From Candidatus Bathyarchaeia archaeon (GTDB lineage Archaea; Thermoproteota; Bathyarchaeia; Bathyarchaeales; Bathycorpusculaceae): 64,000 nucleotides of DNA. Both the position numbers and the translations under genes were made by a program. The stretch covers positions 128,001 through 192,000 of the forward strand of contig JBEKXL010000003.1 of assembly GCA_049512075.1 (NCBI GenBank), read 5' to 3'. Under the pieces are notes generated by a model. The model saw only the letters and a list, made by a program, of their open reading frames with translations. It searched no databases and was not told where the DNA came from. Shown piece by piece: positions 31,221 through 40,356 of the stretch; within the stretch, counting starts at the first letter, position 1; each line of letters begins with the position of its first letter.

Positions 31221-32003
31221 TCACATCTTCCCTTTAGCCTGTATCGTGCGAAGCGCAGACAGGTAAGCTACGGCGCCGATTACCGTGAAAGGCAGGCTGG
31301 CCAACAGAATGCTAAGGAGAGAAAATGGTTGCACAGGATTTCCCAAGAAGGTGTTTCGCATGGCCTGAGCTGCAAGACTGAGCGGGTTCGCCGAAACAAG
31401 GCTGGTTAAGAACGTTGGCAAGTAGTTTCGGATAATCTCAATGGGGTAATACACTGTGCTAAGAGTTAGCAGCAGTATCTGCACGACTTGTTGATAGGCG
31501 AAGAAATATTCGCCATGAGTCGAAGCCACGGCTGCAAGAGCAGCTGAAATTCCAGCCAGCCCCATTGCTAGAAAAAAAAGAAATGGCAACAAGAGCAGAG
31601 TGTTACCTACAGTCGCCACTGGAAGAACGACCAGGGCTACGAGCAAGAGCGAAGCCGAGTAGACCATCGCAGAAAGCCCACCTGCAAGCAAGTAGGCCAC
31701 AACAATGCCCGGCGTGCTTATGGGCAAAGAGAGATAGTATTGGATTACGCCTTCACGAATAGCTAGCCAGATGCGTCTCCCAGTGTCCAAAGCAGCTACG
31801 AACATCCCCATTACGACAACCGCCGGGACGAAGAATTGGAAGTAGTTAATCTTTGAAATTGGTATTATCTGCTTATACACGAGAGCTACGACAAGCATAT
31901 CTGAAAGATTCAGGCTCAGAAGAACGGCCATCAGCCATTTCGTCCTGAAAAAGTAGGAAAAGTCATTTCGAGCCAGCTGCAAAATGGCAAGAAGCTCCGT
32001 CAT
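31221..32003 (-). CDS. ABC-2 type exporter permease
   Basis: 6 TM, YFQFFVP, STVYYP, NPLS. Confidence 0.88.
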   Translation of the reverse strand: MTELLAILQLARNDFSYFFRTKWLMAVLLSLNLSDMLVVALVYKQIIPISKINYFQFFVPAVVVMGMFVAALDTGRRIWLAIREGVIQYYLSLPISTPGIVVAYLLAGGLSAMVYSASLLLVALVVLPVATVGNTLLLLPFLFFLAMGLAGISAALAAVASTHGEYFFAYQQVVQILLLTLSTVYYPIEIIRNYLPTFLTSLVSANPLSLAAQAMRNTFLGNPVQPFSLLSILLASLPFTVIGAVAYLSALRTIQAKGKM

Positions 32004-32776
32004 CCGCTCTTCACTCCTTCCACTAAACGTCCAAGAAGAAAAACAGCCAAACCAAGAGTGCTCACCGCAAGGGCTGTCAGCGCAGCAACCGCGATTGTCG
32101 GGTTAAGCAGCATACTCGGATCAAATCCCAGAGCGAGGTGAACAAGGTCTGCCCCATAAGTGAGGGGACTGAACTTTGCCACGAAATCGTAGCCCGGCGA
32201 AGCACGCGCCAAGAACACGAGAGGATACAACACCGTGCTAAACCGGATGACCAGCGCGCTTAAACCCGTCGTGACAGCCACGTACAAGTCACTCGACTTG
32301 AAGGCAATGAACGACAGCCCCAACATTAACCCAGCGACCCCGAAACCCAAAAAAAACAGTGCCGCGGCCGCAGCTATCACAGAAAGAACTGTCAGATTGC
32401 CTATAAGAGCCAGTATTATGGCAAAGGGAACCATGAGCATCAGCGCTAGCTCGAGTCCACCCTTCAAGGCTATGGACAAGAAGAGTTTCGACCTTGAAAC
32501 CGGCAGGCTCAAAAGGTACGGAAGCCTTCCCTCATGCGCGGCTTCCACAAATTCCCTTCCAGCATGTGAACCAACATCAAACGTCATCATAACCACAAAA
32601 CCCACTGCATAAAACTCCTGATAGTTGGGTATCTGAGGGATGCTGACGAGCTGGGATATCAGAGCGCCGTATATGAAAATTTGTATTGTGAAAGAGAACC
32701 ATTGGAGACCTATCCACACGGGCGGATAGAGCTCGTGCTTCAAGTCGAACCACACTAGGCGAAGGACATCAAGCAT
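32000..32776 (-). CDS. ABC-2 type exporter permease
   Basis: 6 TM, SLPVSR, STVLYP, SPLTY. Confidence 0.88.
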   Translation of the reverse strand: MLDVLRLVWFDLKHELYPPVWIGLQWFSFTIQIFIYGALISQLVSIPQIPNYQEFYAVGFVVMMTFDVGSHAGREFVEAAHEGRLPYLLSLPVSRSKLFLSIALKGGLELALMLMVPFAIILALIGNLTVLSVIAAAAALFFLGFGVAGLMLGLSFIAFKSSDLYVAVTTGLSALVIRFSTVLYPLVFLARASPGYDFVAKFSPLTYGADLVHLALGFDPSMLLNPTIAVAALTALAVSTLGLAVFLLGRLVEGVKSG

Positions 32777-33725
32777 TCTCGTTAGTCTCCAGCTTCTTGC
32801 CAGTGAAGCTCAAGAAAACATCGTCCAACGACGGTTCAGTCACTCTCACGGACGAAACGCGTATCTTCCTTTCATAGCACAGACTCGTCATCTTCGGAAC
32901 CCAAGCTTCTGCCATTGAAACGTAGGCCTTGTATTTGTTATCTTCCAACGGTGCCAGCTTCACTGTACCTGGGATCTTGGCCAATTCCTCCTGGAACGCT
33001 GCATCGTTTTCGACGTGCTCCAGCTCAAGCTCAACGATATCGCCTCCCGTGATTTTGTCCTTCAAATTTTGAACCGTGTCGCACACGATACTTTGCCCTT
33101 GATCTAGAATGGTCACCCTGTCAGCAAGATACTCTGCTTCGCGAACCTCGTTCGTAGCGACGATAAGCGTTACGCCTTTCTCTTTCAGTCCGAGTATCTT
33201 CCCCCAGATTGTTCTCTTTCCGCGCAGGTCAACCTGACTGCTTGGTTCGTCGAATATGGCAAACTTCGGATTCTGCACCAATACCTTGGCAACTTCCAGT
33301 CTCTTGGCTTGGCCGCCTGAAAGCTGCATGAACAACTTGTTGCGCGCGTCCCAGAGCTCCATCTCCCTCAGGACCTGCTCAATCAAACCGTTGCGCTCGC
33401 TCTTCTTCACTCCGCACATCGCAGCGTGAAACTGCAGAATCTCCGCTGGCTTATGCCTCCAAAAACCTCTGGCCTCCTGAAACGAAATCCCCAATATCTG
33501 ACGAACTTTCGTCGGATACTTCACAACATCAAACCCCATTACTATTGCCACGCCTGAGGTGGGTTTCAAAACAGTCGCCAGAGTCATCAGCAGCGTTGTT
33601 TTTCCAGAACCATTCGGTCCTAACAGAACCATAATCTCCTCTGGGTTTACAGTGAAATCGAGACCCTTAAGCGCGTACGTCTTGCCGTACCGTTTGACCA
33701 AGTTCTGAGTTTCAACCGCGTACAT
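32769..33725 (-). CDS. ABC exporter ATPase (DrrA-like)
   Basis: GPNGSGKT, LSGGQ, FDEP, PSLDDVF. Confidence 0.92.
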   Translation of the reverse strand: MYAVETQNLVKRYGKTYALKGLDFTVNPEEIMVLLGPNGSGKTTLLMTLATVLKPTSGVAIVMGFDVVKYPTKVRQILGISFQEARGFWRHKPAEILQFHAAMCGVKKSERNGLIEQVLREMELWDARNKLFMQLSGGQAKRLEVAKVLVQNPKFAIFDEPSSQVDLRGKRTIWGKILGLKEKGVTLIVATNEVREAEYLADRVTILDQGQSIVCDTVQNLKDKITGGDIVELELEHVENDAAFQEELAKIPGTVKLAPLEDNKYKAYVSMAEAWVPKMTSLCYERKIRVSSVRVTEPSLDDVFLSFTGKKLETNENA

Positions 33726-33894
33726 GAGCCAAATTCCTTGATGGTTTACGTCCACAAGAGATTGTTGAAAGATATAAGAATACTGCGCAAACTCTGTTCC
33801 TAAGGACGGGTGGTTTCTCTCGCCCGGGCTGATATCAAGTTCATTTCAATATTTTCCCATTCAAGTCACAAAAACAGTTTATTTTCACGCACTT

Positions 33895-34773
33895 TCAGGA
33901 CACGAAGACAATAGCCGCGATTATTAGGAAAGCTCCTATGCCCGAAATCAATGTTAATGTCTCGTTCAAAAAGATTGAGGAGATTGCCAAAGCAACTAGT
34001 ACTTCCGCCAGAAGAATGATAGTGGAGTTCACGGCGGAGATGTATTTCAAGCCTTCCGACCATAGGTAGTAAGGAATTACCCAGCAGAATATTGCAGTGT
34101 AAGCAATGGCAAGCCACGCGTCAATCGGCAATTGGGAAGGTGAACTGGTCGAAAAAAGGAGGGACGGTATTAGGGGCAGCAGGGTAACGAAAATCACCCA
34201 AGTTGTGGGCTGAATTACGTCTCTAACACCTGAGACCAATCGTTTGTTGTAAACCGTGAAAAACGCCCAAACGACTCCAGAGAAAAGAACCAGCAAATCG
34301 CCGACAATCGCCCCTTGGCCCAGCATTTGAAAATCGAGGTTCGTCGCTATCAAAAAAACCCCGACAATTCCGAACAAGATTCCCAATCCTCTCCTGTTTC
34401 CCAGGCGTTCTTTCAGTATCACCCAACTCAGTATGGCAACCCATATAGCACTTAGATTAACAAGCAACGACGATTTAGAAGCCGAGGTAGAGTTCATTCC
34501 AACGTACTGGAACAAATAGGCAACTCCGTTGGCGATGCCCAAGAACCACACAACTCTCCTCCTCGCGAATTCGAATCCGTAATTCCTCCTTATCAATAGT
34601 AGAAACAACATTATGATCGAGGCAATAGAAAACCTCAAAAAAACGAACATGTAAGCGTCTACATACTTCAAGCCGATTTTTATCGCTGGAAAAGAAGTGC
34701 CCCACAAAACGCTAGCGATGCCCGTCAAGATGATCGCTCTTATCTTCCTGTCTCGTCTGCTTGATTCCTGCAA
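33895..34773 (-). CDS. EamA/DMT family transporter
   Basis: LWGTSF, ILKER, about 10 TM. Confidence 0.92.
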   Translation of the reverse strand: MQESSRRDRKIRAIILTGIASVLWGTSFPAIKIGLKYVDAYMFVFLRFSIASIIMLFLLLIRRNYGFEFARRRVVWFLGIANGVAYLFQYVGMNSTSASKSSLLVNLSAIWVAILSWVILKERLGNRRGLGILFGIVGVFLIATNLDFQMLGQGAIVGDLLVLFSGVVWAFFTVYNKRLVSGVRDVIQPTTWVIFVTLLPLIPSLLFSTSSPSQLPIDAWLAIAYTAIFCWVIPYYLWSEGLKYISAVNSTIILLAEVLVALAISSIFLNETLTLISGIGAFLIIAAIVFVS

Positions 34774-34912
34774 GTATTATTCCTTTCTTTTCCACTCATG
34801 CGCACTGGTTCAAATAAATCTACTGAAAGACTGAAAGCAAATGCAACAAGCGCGCGTTAGGTTGACGTTTAAATATGACTTGAAGGATAAGAGATGACGG
34901 TGAACATTCGAA

Positions 34913-35194
34913 ATGGTTGGGCCTGCATTGTCTCTGCCTGCAAAGTGGGAACAGTTTCTGAAACATTTGGCCGACGATCACGAGATTGATATCAACGCCG
35001 TCGTCAGTGAACTGTGCGAATGGGCCTTATCCGATGATGAAGACAAAGAACAGTTCAAAGCTTGGCTAGATGAGGCTTATCCGCCAGAAGGAGAAGCTGA
35101 AGAAGGAGCAAGAGCCGCAGGAGAAGAAGCCGCCGAGGAAGAAGAAGAGAACGCAGAAGCATCTGAAGAGGAATCCCACGAACACCGAGACTAA
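34913..35194 (+). CDS. acidic hypothetical protein
   Basis: SD GGTGA; Glu-rich C-terminus. Confidence 0.65.
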   Translation: MVGPALSLPAKWEQFLKHLADDHEIDINAVVSELCEWALSDDEDKEQFKAWLDEAYPPEGEAEEGARAAGEEAAEEEEENAEASEEESHEHRD

Positions 35195-35339
35195 TCACAA
35201 AGCCACGCTAGGCTCATAATGCCCGCCAGATAACTCGCGCATTACATTCGCATTGAGAAGCTACCAAAAACTGGCCATTTCGAACCTGTTTTTCTAAACA
35301 CTCTGCAACTTTTGCTTATTTCTTCGAAAGGAAGCTCGG

Positions 35340-35493
35340 TGGGGCCGGCCGGATTTGAACCGACGACCTTTCCCCGGGGCAGTGTTCTTAACGCTGTCCC
35401 TACGGGTTTCTCTGACCGCTCCAGAACCTCTTCATCCCTTTTGAGGTCCGCAAACCTGTTGCTACATTCTGGAGCCCGTCGTCATACCTGTCT
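35340..35493 (-). pseudogene. 5'-truncated tRNA-Trp copy (att-like) with two introns
   Basis: D-loop to acceptor 3' strand present; lacks the first ~13 nt; 37/38 C/D-type intron plus a 32-nt insertion (35369-35400) at the variable region. Confidence 0.85.
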
Positions 35494-35963
35494 GTATCCT
35501 TACTAATGAGTTATTGTTTCTTTCTTCTCCTTTTTGGGTTTTTTGGTTTTCTTTTTGGGGGGCTAAATTTTGCTTTTCGTCTTCGTTGTCGGATTCCATA
35601 TTTATCACTCAAGGGACATTCCTTTTTTCGTAGTTGACGCGACGAGGAGACAATATGCCTTTTCATGACATTTTAATGACACTCCGAATGGAGATGAAGG
35701 GAGAAATTTATGTTTCTGAGGATTTGGTCTTTTTATGTTGACGAAGAAACAATAAATTTCTAGCTTGGGGGCGACCTTCATCGGAATGAGGAGAAAGGCT
35801 TATGTCTCCGAGGAGATTTTTGCGTGAGCTTGATTGAGCAATTTTCTTAGTCTCTTGGGTGAGGTACACTGGGGGAGATATAAGAAAATTGCGAAGTTCA
35901 TTGGGGTGGGTTTTAACCATTTGCATTTGTTGGTACTGGTGCGTTAAGGGACACGATACCTTC

Positions 35964-36689
35964 TTAATACACAGGAGCGTCATCTAAGTCTGACCTGATT
36001 GGAATTTTGCTAATACCCTGTTTCTTCATCACCGATTCCACTGTATCTCTAAACCATTCTTGAGCAGTAGGCGACACATACACATTCTCGATTAACATGT
36101 CCAAGTTAACGTCAATGTATTCGCCTCTGTCAAATATGTCTGGGGCAGTGGGAAAATAAGCGTTAGGAAGCTTGATGATTATGGCTCTTAGTTCCTGCTC
36201 ATTTTCATAATTTCTTCGCTTATGCCAAAATGGGTTGGTAACCCACTCTTCGGGAAAAGTCTCTGTGTTGTAGTCTATGTACTTGATTTTGCTAATAAGA
36301 ACATAATCATTTGCGCTTGAACTGAAGGACTGTGTTAATCGCTTGAATGTTGATTGTACTGCTATGCCCTCTGCTTCTTTAATATATAGTTTCCAGAGTG
36401 GCGCAGAATCCTGTTCACTTAAGTTCCAGCAATTAATGATAACGAATCGTCTGAAATGTTCCAATGTCATCCCCTCAGGAAAAGGTTTGTACGTTTCAAG
36501 TCGCAGCTTGACATTTGCCTTTGAGGTCGAACCTTCAAAAGGATCGCCTAGTTTATCAGATCTACAGAAAAAAAGCGCTTTCTTGTCAAGTAGTGATACA
36601 AACTTTGCGAAGCCCATATATCGCCATATTTTTGCATTCTCATTCGTAGGTTTTTGGCATGTGGATTCGTCCGTGTACTTCGCCTGCAA
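35964..36689 (-). CDS. DUF2971-like protein
   Basis: KIWRYM...LFF.R.D...DPFEG, NCW, LWKLY, HKR..Y..EQELR. Confidence 0.8.
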   Translation of the reverse strand: MQAKYTDESTCQKPTNENAKIWRYMGFAKFVSLLDKKALFFCRSDKLGDPFEGSTSKANVKLRLETYKPFPEGMTLEHFRRFVIINCWNLSEQDSAPLWKLYIKEAEGIAVQSTFKRLTQSFSSSANDYVLISKIKYIDYNTETFPEEWVTNPFWHKRRNYENEQELRAIIIKLPNAYFPTAPDIFDRGEYIDVNLDMLIENVYVSPTAQEWFRDTVESVMKKQGISKIPIRSDLDDAPVY

Positions 36690-36758
36690 TTTTTAGGATT
36701 CCACCTCTCGGAAACTCAGGGTAGTTTTTGCGGCGGCTTCGATTTTTGACGCGCGCTA

Positions 36759-36904
36759 GCGTGTTCCTAAATTCCCTTTTTTGGGCGTGACGAGTTGGTC
36801 CATGTCCTACAGACGATACTTCTCGCATCAATAGTCACACGGTCATCCTCGAACCAAGCGAGCCTGTAACAAAAACCAGCTCGCGAATGAATTTAGGAAC
36901 AGGC
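36759..36904. mobile_element. 146-bp MITE-like element
   Basis: Terminal inverted repeats GCGTGTTCCTAAATTC / GAATTTAGGAACAGGC (15/16 match). Confidence 0.55.
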
Positions 36905-36911
36905 ATGCGCG

Positions 36912-37223
36912 CTAGCTTGCCGAAGCCTTCCTTTTGGTAAATTGTTTTGGTGGGTTAATAGCATTTTCCAATGCCTCTTTCAGCAATTTTTCAAAGTCTT
37001 TTAGATCTTGATCTGTAGACCCAGAAGTATCTGCACCATTACCAGCTTTGCTAGATTTGTCTTCTTGTTTACCTGATTCTTCGCCTTCACCTTTTTCTCC
37101 TAGTTCTTCTTTCCCCTCTTTCCCTTCTTCTTCTGACTCTGATTCTGTTTCTTCACCAGATTCCTCTTCTGACTCGTCGTCAGTTTCTTCTCCTTCATCT
37201 CCATCGCCTCCTTCATCTTCAGC
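36912..37223 (-). pseudogene. start-less fragment of an acidic low-complexity protein
   Basis: 104-codon frame AEDEGGDGDEGEETDDESEEES...DFEKLLKEALENAINPPKQFTKRKASAS*, bounded by GCGCGC runs. Confidence 0.55.
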
Positions 37224-37256
37224 GCGCGCGCATGCTCAGATTTATTGGAATTGTTT

Positions 37257-37398
37257 TGGTGGGGTCGCGCGGATTTGAACCGCGGACCTACGGGTTTCTC
37301 CGTGACAGCTCCAGAACTTCGTCATTCCAGCGTTCTGGTCAGCAAACCCGTTTCTACATTCTGGAGCCCGTCGTCATACCTGCCTAGACTACGACCCC
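37257..37398 (-). tRNA. tRNA-Trp(CCA) with 65-nt intron at 37/38
   Basis: Acceptor GGGGTCG/CGACCCC, anticodon stem ACGGG/CCCGT, T-arm CGCGG-TTCAAAT-CCGCG, encoded ACCA; intron 37296-37360. Confidence 0.96.
37296..37360 (-). ncRNA. intron-encoded box C/D guide RNA of pre-tRNA-Trp
   Basis: D' CTGA, C' ATGACGA; guides AACGGGTTTG and AGTTCTGGAG are complementary to the two exon-intron junctions, as in known archaeal tRNA-Trp introns. Confidence 0.75.
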
Positions 37399-37532
37399 CG
37401 AGAATTCCTTAAGAGACTTTGGATATATGCGTTATTCCTTCATCGGCCAGATTGCGTAGATGAATAGCATCGGATATGGAGTTCAAACGTGGGAAGCGAT
37501 AAGCTTATGAGTACAAGACTGACGTGTATGTT

Positions 37533-37658
37533 GGGGTTTGCCGGTCATAGGGCGTGGGTCCCACCTGATCCCATACCGAACTCAGAAGTTAAACCACGTT
37601 CCGTTTCCGGTTGTAGTGTGGTCTTCGGCCATGTGAACCCGGGAAAGCTGGTAGCCCC
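37533..37658 (+). rRNA. rrf: 5S ribosomal RNA (stand-alone)
   Basis: CACCTGATCCCATACCGAACTCAGAAGTTAA core; terminal helix GGGG/CCCC. Confidence 0.96.
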
Positions 37659-37741
37659 ATTTAATCAACCTGTTGATTTGGAGGAGAATTAGCTAAGACT
37701 TATAACTAAGCGCTGATAGTCTTTTTCCAAAAGGTGAGTCT

Positions 37742-38881
37742 GTGAACATAATCCTGGCATTGATGGGTGCTCAGACCAAGCTTGCACAGTTTGGAGACAC
37801 GAGTATAACTTGGATTTTGAACATTCTTTTCTACGTCATTTTTATCGTTTTCATATTCTATGGGCAGAGAATTCAGATGTACGTGATGCTCAGGGAAGTT
37901 GAAGTGTCACTGTATAAGCTCAAGTTCATAAAGGAAGAAGGACGAAAAATCGCGGTGGAAACCATAAAGGAGATTGGAAAGCCGCAGGCAGACCCCACCG
38001 ACAAGGTTGACAGGTTCTTGGAGTACTTCACGATAGGGCCGCAGAACCTTGACCCCGCAGGCGTAGTTTGGAAGCTTGAACACATACTCGACGTTAGAGA
38101 CACACGTTTCAAGGATGAAGTGAAGTCGATGGCGCCAGCCTCAGATGAAATTCAAGTGAACAACCTGGAAAACACCCTTGAAGCGGCCAGCGCGCTTAAC
38201 TTCATCTACAAGGTTATTCGCCACTATTACCTGCTCGGCAAGAAAACCCTGAGCCTCTACGTGATAATGCAGATACAGATGATCCTGCCGCTCGTCATGC
38301 GGGAAGCAGAAGCATACGCGAGCGCTTTAAAGGCGTTTGCGTATGGTCAGCCGATAGGCGATGGGGCGGGCGCACTTGTCGCGGCAAAACTCATGCACGG
38401 ATACGAAACAAGAAAAGTGGCGAAAGACTGCGTTGTCGCCACTGTTCCATATGAAGGACGCACCGCGTTCGTAATAAAAGCTGAGGGACCAGGAGGAAAC
38501 GTGGGCAAACCTGGAGACGCGATAAAGGCGGTCATTGAAGAGAACGAAGGGAAAATTGCCACAGTGATCATGATTGACGCTGCCCTGAAACTTGAAGGGG
38601 AGGAGCTGGGAGAGGTGGCTGAAGGAGTGGGCGCAGCAATCGGCGGACCGGGCGTTGACCAGTACAAGATTGAAGACTCACTGCTGAAATATCACATTTC
38701 GATAAACGCCGTGGTGATAAAAGAGGACATCGGCGACGCAGTGTCGCCTTTGCGCAAGGAAGTGTTTGATTCGACTGACAAAGTGCTTGAAAGGGTGAAA
38801 CAGGTCGTGGTGGAAAAGACGAAGGAAGGAGACAAAGTGATAATCGCCGGAATCGGAAACACCATCGGCATCGGACAATAG
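37742..38881 (+). CDS. DUF1512 family protein
   Basis: N-terminal TM; LDPAG, PIGDGAG, KAEGPG, IDAALKLEGE, GIGNTIGIGQ. Confidence 0.85.
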   Translation: MNIILALMGAQTKLAQFGDTSITWILNILFYVIFIVFIFYGQRIQMYVMLREVEVSLYKLKFIKEEGRKIAVETIKEIGKPQADPTDKVDRFLEYFTIGPQNLDPAGVVWKLEHILDVRDTRFKDEVKSMAPASDEIQVNNLENTLEAASALNFIYKVIRHYYLLGKKTLSLYVIMQIQMILPLVMREAEAYASALKAFAYGQPIGDGAGALVAAKLMHGYETRKVAKDCVVATVPYEGRTAFVIKAEGPGGNVGKPGDAIKAVIEENEGKIATVIMIDAALKLEGEELGEVAEGVGAAIGGPGVDQYKIEDSLLKYHISINAVVIKEDIGDAVSPLRKEVFDSTDKVLERVKQVVVEKTKEGDKVIIAGIGNTIGIGQ

Positions 38882-38893
38882 GAGACGAATGAA

Positions 38894-39325
38894 ATGAGCG
38901 GAACCTCAGCTTCAACAACGACGAGCAGAATCTCGTCATTCGTGCTTCTCGTAGTGTTCATAACCCTGGCGTTGTCACTCGTGGCACTGATTTTTGCAGC
39001 AGCCCTCGTGGTCGGATACTTCAACGTCGGAAACGATCTGACAGGCGCATATGTTCTGCTGGCCCTCGGCATTCTGGGAATAGCCATATCCACGTACGTG
39101 CTCGTTGAGACGAGAAGAAGACTGTCAAAACTGAAAATCGTAGTTCCTCCCGTGATGACGACTGTCGAGTGCAGAAAGTGCGGCGTTAAGAACGTCAGAG
39201 AATTCCAGCGCGGCGACTACATATTCAAGGAAACTGACCCCTGCCAGAAATGCAACGATAAAATGTTGATAACGGCAATCTATAGGGAAGTTAAAGAAAA
39301 GGAAAAGGAACGATTCCCGTTCTAG
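38894..39325 (+). CDS. membrane protein with C-terminal zinc ribbon
   Basis: 2 TM then CRKC...REFQRGDYIF...CQKC...ITAIY. Confidence 0.8.
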   Translation: MSGTSASTTTSRISSFVLLVVFITLALSLVALIFAAALVVGYFNVGNDLTGAYVLLALGILGIAISTYVLVETRRRLSKLKIVVPPVMTTVECRKCGVKNVREFQRGDYIFKETDPCQKCNDKMLITAIYREVKEKEKERFPF

Positions 39326-40227
39326 GTCAGGACGAGACAGCCGTCCTCAACTATCATGACCGTGTGCTCCGCCTGAGCGACGGTTCTTCGGCTTGCTTCA
39401 ACGAAAACAGGATAGTACATGAGAGCCTTCGAAGATAGAAGCTCATTGAACGCTTCTCTGTGATGTTCTTTGGGCACTACGCCCTGCAACCAGCGCTCCG
39501 CAAAGGGGAGAGTCCTGAAATTCTCCTCAATGAATTTCAGAAGCTGCTTAGCATACGGATCTTTTGGCGATCTCGACTTGATGAACCTGAAAATCGTAGA
39601 CTCGTCCCCGTCCTCAACTCTTCCAACTGCATCCGGCATCGTCACGAATGGCTCAATTGCATAGACTCCGCCGAGCTTGAGTTTCGTAAAAGACAACTGG
39701 GAAACATTCGGTATTGAAGTGCCAGTGTGCAAGATGTACCGACCAACCTGATGCCCAGTGAGATTTGATATCGGTTTGAAACCGCGCGATTTTATCGTGT
39801 TCTCGATCAATGTGCCGAGTTTTGAGGCTGAAATCCCTGGCTTAATGTTCTCTGTGGCAACTTTCAAGGCGCGCTCCGCAGTTGCCACGAGATCTTCGTA
39901 ATCACGGTTCAAACAAACAGTCACCGCGGTGTCGGTCACGTAGCCGTCTACATGTGCGCCAATATCTACCTTAACAACCGAGTTTTCGGGAACCCGCCTC
40001 TTGTCACCCGGCGGAGACGTGTAGTGTGCCGCCACCTCGTTTATCGAAACATTGCATGGAAACGCTGGCTCTGCACCCTTTTTCTTTATCAGATCCTCCG
40101 CCTTCTCGCAGATGTCGATTATCATAATGCCTTCACGAACATAGCTCTTAATCTCCTCACGTGCTTCCCGAAGAATCCTTCCTGACAACTTGAACTTCTC
40201 GAAAGCTTCCTTGTCATATTCACTCAT
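39322..40227 (-). CDS. map: methionine aminopeptidase type II
   Basis: AFPCN, AAHYT, KVDIGAHVDGYVTDTA, LTGH, AIEPF, QAEHT. Confidence 0.97.
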   Translation of the reverse strand: MSEYDKEAFEKFKLSGRILREAREEIKSYVREGIMIIDICEKAEDLIKKKGAEPAFPCNVSINEVAAHYTSPPGDKRRVPENSVVKVDIGAHVDGYVTDTAVTVCLNRDYEDLVATAERALKVATENIKPGISASKLGTLIENTIKSRGFKPISNLTGHQVGRYILHTGTSIPNVSQLSFTKLKLGGVYAIEPFVTMPDAVGRVEDGDESTIFRFIKSRSPKDPYAKQLLKFIEENFRTLPFAERWLQGVVPKEHHREAFNELLSSKALMYYPVFVEASRRTVAQAEHTVMIVEDGCLVLT

Positions 40228-40356
40228 TAAACTTCCAACCTACAGGGGCAAAGCAAGACTGAAATCTATTCACAATTCCCTTTTTCTACACACAGGTGGC
40301 TTAAATGTTTAATCGGCAACGAATTGAAGACACGAAGCTGGCGCACCCGGTCGCCC

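Larger units (their letters stand above)
35494..37256. mobile_element. decayed ~1.8-kb islet integrated in tRNA-Trp
   Basis: Lies between an intact and a 5'-truncated tRNA-Trp in direct orientation; AT-richer cargo; no integrase left. Confidence 0.7.

Noticed and set aside
21905-34865. Integron attC-like GTTAGGY sites near accessory genes
   Set aside because: No paired R''/L boxes, regular cassette layout or IntI gene seen.
35340-35493. Second functional tRNA-Trp or split-tRNA half
   Set aside because: The 5' acceptor/D-stem strand is absent and no GC-rich complementary leader is visible; an att remnant is simpler.
37048-37278. Ser-rich 76-aa ORF on the + strand
   Set aside because: Shadow of the Glu/Gly-rich minus-strand fragment and overlaps the tRNA.
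37489-37692. 67-aa ORF
   Set aside because: Overlaps the 5S rRNA.
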